Source: an uncultured Thermodesulfobacteriota bacterium (GTDB lineage: Bacteria > Desulfobacterota > WTBG01 > CAIYCZ01 > CAIRTM01). From it: a stretch of DNA of 64,000 nt. Numbering within the stretch: position 1 is the stretch's first letter; every line of letters starts with the position of its first letter. The stretch is from the NCBI GenBank assembly GCA_964566035.1, contig CAZMHH010000001.1, forward strand, positions 21,130-85,129, written 5' to 3'. The notes under the pieces were generated by a model. The model searched no databases. It worked only from the letters and a program-made list of their open reading frames with translations, and had not been told where the DNA came from. The position numbers and the translations under genes were made by a program. Positions 1-9,452 of the stretch are shown piece by piece.

Positions 1-1590
1 ACATTATACAGCATCCTGTTCCATTTCCTTATGGCTGCTGAAGGCAGGGATTACTCCTGGATAACAGGGTTTTACTGGACGCTTGTCACTATGACAACAC
101 TCGGGTTTGGAGACATAACTTTTACAAAGGACATAGGACTCTTTTTTTCAATTATTGTGGTCATTTCCGGCATTATCTTTCTGCTTATTCTTCTGCCCTT
201 TGCTGTGATTAAATTCTTCTTCGCTCCCTGGTTTGAAGAACATTCCAGAAGACTATACCGCCACGAGCTTCCACCAAAAACAGAAAATCATATAATCATT
301 ACCAACTATGAACCTGTAACAATTTCATTAATAGATAAACTCAATGCTTATAATAAAGATTATGTTGTGATAGTAGATGATTACACTCAGTCAAAGGAAC
401 TTTATGACCAGAATGTAAAGATTGCTGTAGGCCATCTTGATGATCCTGAAACATACATAAAAATGCGTATCAACAATGCAGCACTTGTTGTTGCAACTAA
501 CAGGGATGAGGTAAACACAAACATCGCTTTCACTGTAAGGGAATTAAATGAAAATATCCCTGTTATTACAACAGCAGACTCTCCTCACTCTGTTGACATC
601 CTTTTGATGGCTGGAAGTTCAAAGGTTATTGAACTTCCAGATATTCTCGGCAGATCATTGGCTGGTTGGGTACTTGGGGGATATTTCCAGGCAAACACAA
701 TCGCCAGACTTGATGATCTTTTAATTGTTGAAACACCCGCCATCAGCACACCTCTTGTAGGAAAAACACTTGCAGAAAGCAGGTTGAGAGAATTGATAGG
801 GGTAACGGTAATAGGTGTCTGGGAGAGAGGAAAATTTGAGATTGCCGACAGAAACACTAAAATCAACCGATCAACTGTTCTTATAATGGCTGGGAATGAA
901 GAACAGGTTGCAAAATACAATGAGGTTTATTCTTTTTATCAGATTACAAAATATGCGGGTGACCCGGTTATTATATTTGGAGCTGGAAGAGTGGGAGAAG
1001 CTATTGCAGAAAAACTTCATGATCAGGGAATACAGTTTTTAATAATCGAGAAAAATCCAAGAAGAATTAAAGACGACCCCTGTTACATAATGGGAGATGC
1101 TGCTGACATTCAAACACTTCAAAAAGCCGGACTTGAAAAAGCTCCTGCAGCAATTATAACCACCCATGATGATGCAATAAATATATATCTCGCAAAATAC
1201 CTGAGAAGTCTTCGCCCTGATCTGCAGATTATAAGCAGGGCTAACCTGGACAGAAACGTGTCAACCCTGCACCGTGCCGGGGCAGATTTTGTAATGTCCT
1301 ACTCATCACTAGGAGCAAATACAATCTTTAATTTTCTCATGAACAAGGATATGTTCATGCTGGCAGAAGGGTTGAACATCTTCCGGCTTGCTGCTCCAAC
1401 ATCTCTTATCGGGAAAAACCTTGCTGAATCTAACATAAGGCAATTAACCGGATGTACTTTAATAGGTATTAAATCAAACGGTAAAGTTATAATTAACCCT
1501 GATCCACAGCTTCCAATTAAGGAGCACACAGAACTAATAATGACCGGTAAGCATGAGTCGGAACTACTTTTTATTCAGACTTTTAAATAG
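1..1590 (+). CDS. Potassium channel, 5'-partial (pore helix and selectivity filter TTLGFGDITF present) with two C-terminal RCK/TrkA-N NAD-binding domains (GAGRVGEAIAEKL)
   Basis: The frame is open from base 1, so the gene is truncated by the window edge. It has the TxGFGD K+ selectivity filter and a GxGxxG Rossmann motif. Confidence 0.75.
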   Translation, partial: TLYSILFHFLMAAEGRDYSWITGFYWTLVTMTTLGFGDITFTKDIGLFFSIIVVISGIIFLLILLPFAVIKFFFAPWFEEHSRRLYRHELPPKTENHIIITNYEPVTISLIDKLNAYNKDYVVIVDDYTQSKELYDQNVKIAVGHLDDPETYIKMRINNAALVVATNRDEVNTNIAFTVRELNENIPVITTADSPHSVDILLMAGSSKVIELPDILGRSLAGWVLGGYFQANTIARLDDLLIVETPAISTPLVGKTLAESRLRELIGVTVIGVWERGKFEIADRNTKINRSTVLIMAGNEEQVAKYNEVYSFYQITKYAGDPVIIFGAGRVGEAIAEKLHDQGIQFLIIEKNPRRIKDDPCYIMGDAADIQTLQKAGLEKAPAAIITTHDDAINIYLAKYLRSLRPDLQIISRANLDRNVSTLHRAGADFVMSYSSLGANTIFNFLMNKDMFMLAEGLNIFRLAAPTSLIGKNLAESNIRQLTGCTLIGIKSNGKVIINPDPQLPIKEHTELIMTGKHESELLFIQTFK

Positions 1591-1685
1591 TTGATTCTGG
1601 ATTGCAATAAGTTTATTTGTTTGTGGTCGTAATCAACTATTCTTATCTATCATATATAAGCAAATAACTCCGTGCACAGGATAAA

Positions 1686-2639
1686 ATGGAGAAGATTAAA
1701 ATAGGCATAAGTGCTTGTCTTTTAGGACAAAATGTTCGATATAACGGCGTTCATAAGCTTGACAGGTTTCTGGCTGAAACACTTGGACAGTTTGTAACAT
1801 TCATTCCTGTATGCCCTGAAACAGAATGCGGCATGGGTACACCGCGTGAACCTGTTTGTCTGGCAGGAGAGGTTCACAAGCCAAGACTTGTTACCGTTAC
1901 AACAAACAGAGACTTAACAGAACAGATGCTGTCATGGGGAAGATTAAAACTGAGCAAACTCAAAACAGAAGAACTATTCGGTTTTATCTTTAAAAGCAAA
2001 TCTCCAAGCTGTGCATTGCACGGGGTTAAAGTATATGATCCCACAACCATGAAATCCTCCAATAGCGGCACCGGGTTATTTGCCCGCATTATTATGGAGC
2101 ATTTTCCAGAGCTGCCTGTTGAAGATGAGGAACACATGCACGATCCTGTTTTACGTGAAAACTATATTGAGCGTATTTTTGTATTTAAAAGATGGGTGAC
2201 GCTGTCTGCTCAGCAAAAAACCGCAGGGAAACTTGTCGATTTTCATACTAAACACAAAATGCTTTTCCTCGCACACAGCCCCAAACACTACAGACTTATG
2301 GGCAAACTTGTCTCCCAAAATAGCTGTGAGATGGATATTGCTGAAAAATACTCAAACTACAGGAAACTTATGATTGAAACACTTGCCATTAAATGTACCG
2401 TTAAAAAACATGTAAACGTTTTGCAGCATATAATGGGATATTTTAAAAAAAATATCTCAACCGACCAGAAAAAAGAACTTCTTGAAACCATCGACAGATA
2501 TCACGAAGATCATATTCCTTTAATTGTTCCTGTAACCCTCATTAACCATTATGTACGTAAATACAGCAAGGAATATTTAGCCCGTCAGTTATATCTTAAC
2601 CCCCATCCTGCAGAGCTGAAACTTAGAAATCATGTATAG
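1686..2639 (+). CDS. DUF523 (TudS-like, Cys-rich N-term GISACLLG..VRYNG) fused to DUF1722 (YbgA-like) protein
   Basis: The N-terminal motif is typical of DUF523 and the C-terminal half is YbgA-like. An RBS precedes the ATG. Confidence 0.5.
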   Translation: MEKIKIGISACLLGQNVRYNGVHKLDRFLAETLGQFVTFIPVCPETECGMGTPREPVCLAGEVHKPRLVTVTTNRDLTEQMLSWGRLKLSKLKTEELFGFIFKSKSPSCALHGVKVYDPTTMKSSNSGTGLFARIIMEHFPELPVEDEEHMHDPVLRENYIERIFVFKRWVTLSAQQKTAGKLVDFHTKHKMLFLAHSPKHYRLMGKLVSQNSCEMDIAEKYSNYRKLMIETLAIKCTVKKHVNVLQHIMGYFKKNISTDQKKELLETIDRYHEDHIPLIVPVTLINHYVRKYSKEYLARQLYLNPHPAELKLRNHV

Positions 2640-2735
2640 ATCAGTTTATATATTTATTTAACTTGATTTTATCAACCATACTGTTAAAATATTTTTGACA
2701 TTACTACTTACTACCAATCTTAAGAGGAGAAAAAG

Positions 2736-3329
2736 ATGAAAAAACTTTTAAGCGGTATGTTTATTCTTACAGCAATGTTGTTTGGCTTTACACCGGGCTG
2801 TATTCCCATTGAGCCTAACTATGAAACAGTAACAATCGGAAAACAAGTCTGGATGGCAAAAAACATTAATATTGAAACCGGAAACAGTTGGTGTTATGAC
2901 AATGACCCTCGCAACTGTGAAATATATGGAAGGTTATATGACTGGGAAACAGCAATGAATGTTTGCCCATCCGGCTGGCATCTTCCAAGTTATGAAGAGT
3001 GGACTAAGCTGGTTGACAGTCTTGGTGGTGTGAATTTTGCGGGTAGCAAAATGAAATCAACAGGCACAATCGAAACAGGCACAGGACTGTGGAGTTCTCC
3101 CAATACAGGTGCCACAAACTCAAGCGGGTGGTCAGGTTATCCAGGTGGCTGGAGGGAACAAGATGGCAGTTTCCACAACCTGGAAAAAAGCGGTTTATGG
3201 TGGAGTTCCAGTGAATATATCACATCTGATTCTCATTACCTTCTCCTGAATTATTACGAGGTCATTGTAAACAGATACACCGCCAATAAACAAACCGGTA
3301 TGTCTGTACGTTGTCTCAGGAACTGGTAA
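2736..3329 (+). CDS. Lipoprotein with Fibrobacter-succinogenes-major-paralogous (FISUMP, TIGR02145-like) domain
   Basis: Signal peptide with lipobox (FTPGC). Conserved YGRLYDWETA..CPSGWHLPS.EEW..L and WWSS motifs are shared with the ORFs at 15276 and 19023. Confidence 0.6.
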   Translation: MKKLLSGMFILTAMLFGFTPGCIPIEPNYETVTIGKQVWMAKNINIETGNSWCYDNDPRNCEIYGRLYDWETAMNVCPSGWHLPSYEEWTKLVDSLGGVNFAGSKMKSTGTIETGTGLWSSPNTGATNSSGWSGYPGGWREQDGSFHNLEKSGLWWSSSEYITSDSHYLLLNYYEVIVNRYTANKQTGMSVRCLRNW

Positions 3330-3378
3330 TTTGACCACAATTCAAGTAATAAGCACCAAGGGACAAATTTATGCAGGT

Positions 3379-4191
3379 TTATTTTGCAGTCGGTTTAAAT
3401 AGAGGTTCTCCGAATTTATCCTTTCCAAAATCCTCAATAATTTTCTGTCCTGCCGCTGAGGTAACCCAGTCAATGAGTTGATTTGCTCTGTTAATTTGTA
3501 CCGTTGGACACTTATCAGGATTAACAGCTATTATGCTGTACGGGTTTATTAGATGCTCATCTCCTTCAGAAAGAACCTTAAGGCTTAGTCTATCTTTCAT
3601 AGCAAGATATGTTCCTCTATCAGTAATGGTATAAGCATTTCTTTCATCCGCAATAACAAGCACTGCTCCCATACCCTGTCCCACCTCGCTGTACCATGTA
3701 CCTTTTGGCTCAATACCGGAGAGGTTCCAAATTATTTTTTCCTTTACATGGGTACCGGACTCATCACCTCTTGAAATAAACTGTGCCTTGGTCACGGCTA
3801 TTTTTCTCAAAGCATCGCCTGCACTTTTACAACCCTTTATTCCGGCAGGGTCACTTTCATGCCCAACGATAACAAAATCATTTACCATAACAGATTTTTT
3901 GTTTATACCCTTCCCCGAATTTATAAACTCTTTTTCAGCATCCGGGTCATGGACAAGCAGCACATCAACATCGCATTGTCTGCCGAGTGCAAAAGCATTG
4001 CCACTTCCGACAGCAATAACATCAACTTTTACATCAAATTTTTTCTCAAATGGCGGCAAAAGCACTTCCAATAATCCGGAATTATCCGCACTTGTAGTGG
4101 TGGCAAGCCGGAACCGCTCCTGGGCAAAAACTCCTGATGCAAACAGAAAAGAGAAACTAACAAAAAATAAAATGATTAAAATTCTTTTCAC
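3379..4191 (-). CDS. TupA-like periplasmic tungstate/oxyanion-binding protein (PBP-like, COG2998-type)
   Basis: Signal peptide and an ATTTSADNSGLLE motif characteristic of TupA-family binding proteins. No permease is adjacent. Confidence 0.5.
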   Translation of the reverse strand: MKRILIILFFVSFSFLFASGVFAQERFRLATTTSADNSGLLEVLLPPFEKKFDVKVDVIAVGSGNAFALGRQCDVDVLLVHDPDAEKEFINSGKGINKKSVMVNDFVIVGHESDPAGIKGCKSAGDALRKIAVTKAQFISRGDESGTHVKEKIIWNLSGIEPKGTWYSEVGQGMGAVLVIADERNAYTITDRGTYLAMKDRLSLKVLSEGDEHLINPYSIIAVNPDKCPTVQINRANQLIDWVTSAAGQKIIEDFGKDKFGEPLFKPTAK

Positions 4192-4208
4192 TGCCCTTAC
4201 TCCTTTTT

Positions 4209-5093
4209 CTATTGATTATATTCTCTAACAGCCCTTGTAAGATACGATATCGTTTTATATCCGTAATGATTCTGACCAGTAAAAATTTGGCTTTGAGCAA
4301 AGCCCAAAAAATAAATATGGCATGCGGCATAGGTAAACTGCTCATATGTTGTTGACGACCAGTAATACCATGATCTTGTATTGGAAAAAAAATCAGTATT
4401 TATTGCCGGATTAAACCGATATCTATTCTGTATTGTTTCAAGCTCATCACATGTTGGCATCCTCCAGTCTGTCCATCCGCCAAAAGCTGACTCATTCACA
4501 GCCTCGATAAATCGCTCGGTATTTTCTCCATCCCCCCATTCTCCTGGGTCTCCACCGTTTGTTTCAGGATTGGCATCATACCATGTATAAACATTATCAG
4601 CATCATGGGGGTTTGAATAATTAATAACATAATCCCTGTCCCGTTTCACTTCCCATAACAAACCTGTTGTTACATCATATACCATTGCCCATTGTGCTGC
4701 ATCCTCATTAAGTTGCTCCCCTCTGTCATCAATTTTTATAAACCGGGAACTGCTGATATTAAGCCTGACTGAATCAGAACCTACAACCTGGTTGTATGAA
4801 TCCGTAACCATAAGGGTGACAATATATTGACCCTTACGATCAAATGAATAAACCATATTATCTGAATTTCCACCAGCACCGTCTCCGAAATCCCATCTGT
4901 ATTTATACCCTGCATCAGAATCACCTTCAAGATATATTTCGCATTCAAAACTGATTAACTCTCCCCCTGAATAAAAAGCATTGTTTAAAGGTGAAATAAT
5001 CCTTACCGTTTGTGTTTCACAGCAACAGCAATACAGACAAAAAAAGGCTGACAAAACAGCAAGTAGTGTGCCTGAGTTTTTTTTAGTGTTCAT
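4209..5093 (-). CDS. Lipoprotein with C-terminal DUF1566 (Lcl C-terminal-like) domain
   Basis: Signal peptide with a Cys-rich lipobox region. C-terminal WRMPT.DEL and YWSST motifs are typical of DUF1566. Confidence 0.45.
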   Translation of the reverse strand: MNTKKNSGTLLAVLSAFFCLYCCCCETQTVRIISPLNNAFYSGGELISFECEIYLEGDSDAGYKYRWDFGDGAGGNSDNMVYSFDRKGQYIVTLMVTDSYNQVVGSDSVRLNISSSRFIKIDDRGEQLNEDAAQWAMVYDVTTGLLWEVKRDRDYVINYSNPHDADNVYTWYDANPETNGGDPGEWGDGENTERFIEAVNESAFGGWTDWRMPTCDELETIQNRYRFNPAINTDFFSNTRSWYYWSSTTYEQFTYAACHIYFLGFAQSQIFTGQNHYGYKTISYLTRAVREYNQ

Positions 5094-5102
5094 TTTAAAA
5101 CC

Positions 5103-5507
5103 TTACTTTAAATAGCCTGAAAAAAACAGAAACTCCACAAATTCAAAATCCATAAACGAAGAGCCTGTTCCAAAGATAAAATCAGCCAACCTGAAACCTG
5201 TAAACATCAGCAGAAGACTTTTCTCTGTTTTATTGTAGTTGGGAGTCGAAAAAACACCTGCGAAACCACCCCCAAAAGGAATATAAGCACCGACCCCTTC
5301 ATATTTATCAATAAGAAACGTCAGGTTTTCATTGAACGAAATTGTTATGGATGAATCAGAAATACCCCTGCCGTAAATAAAAACCTTATATTCATGGCCG
5401 CTAAACTCATTCATTGCTGTCTGAGAATATCCGCTTGGAACCCAAAGCAATAAAATAACAGCTGCTGTAAAAATCCATTTAAAAATAGACATGATTTTAC
5501 TATTCAT
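5103..5507 (-). CDS. Small secreted hypothetical protein
   Basis: Signal peptide present. Tightly spaced with the downstream gene on the same strand. Confidence 0.3.
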   Translation of the reverse strand: MNSKIMSIFKWIFTAAVILLLWVPSGYSQTAMNEFSGHEYKVFIYGRGISDSSITISFNENLTFLIDKYEGVGAYIPFGGGFAGVFSTPNYNKTEKSLLLMFTGFRLADFIFGTGSSFMDFEFVEFLFFSGYLK

Positions 5508-5536
5508 TAAACCTCCAAATATATTTAATATATCGG

Positions 5537-5569
5537 GAGCAGAAAGAGACTGCTCCCGATATTAGACAG
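5537..5569 (-). terminator. Intrinsic terminator hairpin (13-bp perfect stem ATATCGGGAGCAG/CTGCTCCCGATAT) after the cytochrome gene
   Basis: Perfect inverted repeat immediately 3' of the stop at 5573, with an A/T-rich tail. Confidence 0.5.
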
Positions 5570-5572
5570 AAA

Positions 5573-7384
5573 CTATTTTATCAAATCCAGAAAAGAGGGA
5601 CTGTTTAAATCATTTTTAAGGGACAAAAGATCTGAATTAAGAGCATTGCTGCCCAGAAAACTTATAAGAGCCATAAAATCTTCGACAATAGGAATGATTG
5701 TTTTACTTATATCCACATCCTTGCCTTCAAGCAGCATCCTGACATAGGGGGCCGCCTGATACATTGAGGAAAACAGTTTTTCTTTTACAACAGGAAATGC
5801 TACTGAAAGAAAAATAACCTCAGGCGCATGCTTGTAGTAAGCTTTGATATAGGACTTGCCTGCCTGGCTTTTTGCCATTACCTTGTCTCTGTAGGTTCTG
5901 AAAAGAGAAAGAATCTCCTGATTGTCACCTGAAACAAAAGATAATGCACATGGAGACGGTGGATCATCACCTTTTTCAGTTAGGCTGAAATCAACAGTTG
6001 AGGATACACCATCAGATACGTCAACCGTTGCAGTTGCGTTCTGATACCCGGTTTTGCTTACAGTAAGTTTATATTCCATATCTGTTTTTCCGCACACAAC
6101 ACCTGTCATTTTAAAATAACCCTGAGCATCAGTAAATACCAGATATCCGCCTTTGTCTGTTTTCACTGCGGCTCCCTGAACCGGATCGCCTGTTTCCGAA
6201 TCAGCAACATTTCCCTCTATTGAACCGTTTCTTAAATTTCCGTAAATAATTATCTGATTGTTGTCAACATACTGCCACCCACCTTCTGTCCAGTTAAAAT
6301 CTGTTGTTCCTTCAGGAAGTGGACCTACTTTTATAGCAACCGTTGTTCTGGGTGAAGCCCCGGCATTATGATCAGTGTAAATTTCATCCTGATCATATGG
6401 CCATGGTTCATCATCTTTATCCGGTGAGGTTGCCTGTCTGTCAGGATAACCAGGCTTATTCTGAGGGGGTACCACTCTGTACGGGCCACTTCCATCCAGT
6501 TTGTTTTCAGCGTTAAGAAAACCTGGCTCAAGATAAGAATCATTGATTTTATATGCCAATATCAGCCACAAACCGCCATCAACATTAATCGGATCTCCGT
6601 GATTTCGTCCTGCACACATGGGAGCACTGTAATCTACCCAGCCTCCGTTTGCGGCATCAGCTTCCTGGTCATACCAGAAGGTTGCCTCAGGATAGGTATC
6701 ATTAATCCAGTAATTTGACCCGCCCGATTCAAAATCAAAGTTCTGCAGCCAACCGTCCGGAGAATATACCACAACTGTATTGCTGTCAGCTTTTATGCCG
6801 GTCTCCTCAAGAAGGTCTTTTATGATAACACCCGTATAATTGGCATAATAATCATATCCGTCCGTCCCGCCCCTTGCTGTATTCATCAGCATAAACTGTG
6901 AATGGGCAGGCATTGCCTCTATATCCTCCAGATTATAAATAAAATAGGGGGCCGGAACAAGTGATGGATTGTCATCTGGATCACCGGGAAATGTCAAAGC
7001 ATTTATCTCTTCAATATTTGTATATCCGTCACCATCGGAATCCAAGCCTTCAATCTTTCCAAAAGTATCTACCTTAAACCTGCCTGCACTTTTATAATCC
7101 ACTCCATAGCTGTTTAATGTATCAGCTATATCTGTGTAGTCTTCTCCGTAATTTGTTACAATATGACACCACTGACAGTTTCCAACAGGACGCGGTCCCC
7201 GTTTTGTTTCCACCTCTCCGCCAATGTGACACAGGGCACAGTCATCAATCCTTGTTCCAACCTTATCAGGATATGCTTCCTGAAACACAGGACTGTCCAT
7301 CTCGCCCATGTGATGATAAGCCCCGAATGCTGTACCTGACAGCAGCATAAATATAACTGAAACACTTATAAACCATTTCTTCAT
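5573..7384 (-). CDS. Exported di-haem c-type cytochrome domain protein (CALCH, CQWCH) with dockerin/Ca-binding-like DSDGDGYTNIEE motif and carboxypeptidase-regulatory-like domain
   Basis: Signal peptide. Two CxxCH motifs near the N-terminus and a CarboxypepD_reg-like segment (GYFKMTGVV). 26 nt downstream of the porin gene, so probably co-transcribed. Confidence 0.5.
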   Translation of the reverse strand: MKKWFISVSVIFMLLSGTAFGAYHHMGEMDSPVFQEAYPDKVGTRIDDCALCHIGGEVETKRGPRPVGNCQWCHIVTNYGEDYTDIADTLNSYGVDYKSAGRFKVDTFGKIEGLDSDGDGYTNIEEINALTFPGDPDDNPSLVPAPYFIYNLEDIEAMPAHSQFMLMNTARGGTDGYDYYANYTGVIIKDLLEETGIKADSNTVVVYSPDGWLQNFDFESGGSNYWINDTYPEATFWYDQEADAANGGWVDYSAPMCAGRNHGDPINVDGGLWLILAYKINDSYLEPGFLNAENKLDGSGPYRVVPPQNKPGYPDRQATSPDKDDEPWPYDQDEIYTDHNAGASPRTTVAIKVGPLPEGTTDFNWTEGGWQYVDNNQIIIYGNLRNGSIEGNVADSETGDPVQGAAVKTDKGGYLVFTDAQGYFKMTGVVCGKTDMEYKLTVSKTGYQNATATVDVSDGVSSTVDFSLTEKGDDPPSPCALSFVSGDNQEILSLFRTYRDKVMAKSQAGKSYIKAYYKHAPEVIFLSVAFPVVKEKLFSSMYQAAPYVRMLLEGKDVDISKTIIPIVEDFMALISFLGSNALNSDLLSLKNDLNSPSFLDLIK

Positions 7385-7410
7385 TATTACCTCCTTTTTT
7401 TTAGATTACG

Positions 7411-8841
7411 TTAAAATTCAAGCTGAAAACGTGTAATAAAAGAATTTTCAACTGCACGGTAGTAGGAATAACCCTTCCAGCTTGTTCCGAGAAACAAAGG
7501 AGACGAAAATTTTGTCCGGCTGTATTCAAACGTTATTCGCATCATGCTGTTAAGATACCAGTTCAGATTTGCTGTAATTGAATATGCCTGTCTTACGCTG
7601 TAACCTTCATGCACCAGATACTCATAAACAATCCGCTCTGCCTCAAAATCAGCATATCTGAACGCAACCCCGAAGGCCCCCCAGTCTCTCTGTTTGATAT
7701 CAAAGCTTCTCCTTGGTCTTATTTTTTTTAACACACCTCCTTTCATTTCCGGTTTCTCTCCTGTTAACATCAAAAGAAAGCCTGCATACCAGCTTCTGAC
7801 ATAGAAATCAAAAGGGTCTGTATTGGCAAGCTTGACCCCGTCATAGCTGTTCTCAACAAATTCACCCATCAGCAGCAATGGCCCCAGTGTATATGCGGCC
7901 TCAAGACCGTATCTCTGCATACTGTCAACCTGCTGGGTAATATTGAATTTTGCTCTTGCCTGGACAGTAAAAAAGGCTGTTCTGGCAGGGGTTCTTACCT
8001 TGAAATTAAAATCAGAAGTATCAAGCCTTGCATAAGAATACCCGCCGCCCAGATGAAGTCCTCTAAGAAACCAGATATTTGTCTTATAGAATGGTCTTAA
8101 TACAATACGCCCTGTATATTCCTTATCCTTTTTTTGACTTCTTCTCTGAGCATCACGACCGTCTCCGTTAAACATGCCCAGACCGTAATTTACTGTTTCA
8201 CCTAAAAGTTTGCCGTGAAGCATAACCCCAACATCCCGTTCAGGCGTAAGATAGTAGATAAAAGATCTTTCATTAAACGGGAGATATTTATCCGATATGA
8301 GATGTTCCAGGCTAAAAGGTTCCTTGAACTGTCCGACCCTGAGCTGAATTTGCGGAAAATAGTCAAAATTCAAATAAGCATCAATCAGTCTGTTTGAACT
8401 GCCTCCCTCAAGTTCCGCTTCAAGTTTATAGGTAAAGTAATTATAAATCCTGCCCTTTGAAAAAAGCCTTGCCCGCCTGATATCAAAGTCATTTCTCACC
8501 GGATAGCTCTTTCCGAAAACAAGGCTGTCAGCCTGAATGACACCGCCGATAGTTGCTTCAAAGGTTTTATTATCCGTTGCAAAATGGACCCCTTCATCAT
8601 AGAAGATATCAACCTTCTTCTGCCCGTCTTTCAATTTTAAGGTTTCTCTGCTTTGGGCAATCTCCGCACTTTCAGCTCTTTCCTCGTCAAGGATATGCTG
8701 AATATCCCGAACCTGCTCCTCTGTCAAAGCGCCGTTTATCTTTAAATATTCGAGCAGTTTTTCATCAGCAAGGGGACCGGAAAAGACAGAGGAGGGTAAT
8801 AAATATATAGCCAATAATATAGTTAAATAAAGTTTTTTCAA
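7411..8841 (-). CDS. Outer-membrane porin, phosphate-selective porin O/P-like family
   Basis: Signal peptide, beta-strand amphipathic pattern and a C-terminal aromatic residue (…RFQLEF). Preceded by tandem riboswitch-like leaders. Confidence 0.55.
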   Translation of the reverse strand: MKKLYLTILLAIYLLPSSVFSGPLADEKLLEYLKINGALTEEQVRDIQHILDEERAESAEIAQSRETLKLKDGQKKVDIFYDEGVHFATDNKTFEATIGGVIQADSLVFGKSYPVRNDFDIRRARLFSKGRIYNYFTYKLEAELEGGSSNRLIDAYLNFDYFPQIQLRVGQFKEPFSLEHLISDKYLPFNERSFIYYLTPERDVGVMLHGKLLGETVNYGLGMFNGDGRDAQRRSQKKDKEYTGRIVLRPFYKTNIWFLRGLHLGGGYSYARLDTSDFNFKVRTPARTAFFTVQARAKFNITQQVDSMQRYGLEAAYTLGPLLLMGEFVENSYDGVKLANTDPFDFYVRSWYAGFLLMLTGEKPEMKGGVLKKIRPRRSFDIKQRDWGAFGVAFRYADFEAERIVYEYLVHEGYSVRQAYSITANLNWYLNSMMRITFEYSRTKFSSPLFLGTSWKGYSYYRAVENSFITRFQLEF

Positions 8842-8956
8842 TACAGCTCCTTGTTGTCAATAGACTTTGAATATTATTTCTTTGAAAAGATTATATCCAC
8901 TGATCTTATCTTACTTGGGGCAGGGGTTTTTACGATAATTCAGACTGTTTCGTGGG

Positions 8957-9120
8957 CAATAAAAAAGCCGGGCTCCTTTTTTTCGGAAAAGAAGACCGGC
9001 TTATATCCAGTCATTTAACTCCTTTCCAAATTCAGGAGGCTAAAAGGCTTTCGCCTCTGCCCTTTCGACCGCGCTCCATAGGCTTAATTTATGCCTTTAG
9101 GAGAAAACAGCTCGGAGTCA
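8957..9120 (-). promoter_or_regulatory. Candidate riboswitch, copy A (aptamer about 9019-9120 plus intrinsic terminator 8957-9002) in the leader of porin gene 7411..8841
   Basis: On the minus strand it reads 5' CUCCGAGCUG…GCGCGGUCGAAAGGGCAGAGGCGAAAGCC…CCUCCUGAAUUUGGAAAGG. The terminator is AAGCCGG…CCGGCUU followed by U6. It is homologous to copies B to E. Confidence 0.5.
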
Positions 9121-9218
9121 GTCATTATTCATTGATGAGACTGCTGTTCATCTCTTGATATTAATGCATCATGTTAATTCCTGTTGCTTTAATGGATTAT
9201 ATACCTGCCCTTATACAA

Positions 9219-9381
9219 ACAAAAAAAGCTACTGCCCTGTCTGGAAAGGCAATAGCTTTTTAAATATGTATATTAAAAGCAGTTTTCCCTTTCCAAACAC
9301 GGGAGGTAAAGCCCTTTCGGATTTTACCCTTTCGGCTGCATTCTCATGGCATAAATTGCTTTAGAGATACCAGCTTGGGAA
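9219..9381 (-). promoter_or_regulatory. Candidate riboswitch, copy B (aptamer about 9285-9381 plus 12-bp terminator 9226-9259 and U7), tandem with and upstream of copy A
   Basis: The minus strand reads UCCCAAGCUGG…GCAGCCGAAAGGGUAAAAUCCGAAAGGGCUUUACCUCCCGUGUUUGGAAAGGG. Then comes the stem AAAGCUAUUGCC/GGCAGUAGCUUU followed by U7. Confidence 0.5.
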
Positions 9382-9452
9382 TTATTTATAATAATGTATA
9401 GCACGTTGAGTTTAAATAGTCAAGTTTTTTTAACTTTTTTTCTGTATTGGCA

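Noticed and set aside
585-2137. Short antisense or embedded ORFs inside the K+ channel and DUF523 genes (585..920, 1299..1529, 1874..2137)
   Set aside because: They are fully contained in the opposite strand of longer ORFs with clear domain content. They have no RBS and no motifs, so they are typical six-frame noise.
9040-9090. Weak resemblance of copy A (…GCGCUCCAUAGGC…) to the RNase P RNA P4/'GGGCUCCAUAGGGCA' region
   Set aside because: Only a few bases match and the reading orientation is wrong. The segment aligns convincingly with the other four leader elements instead.
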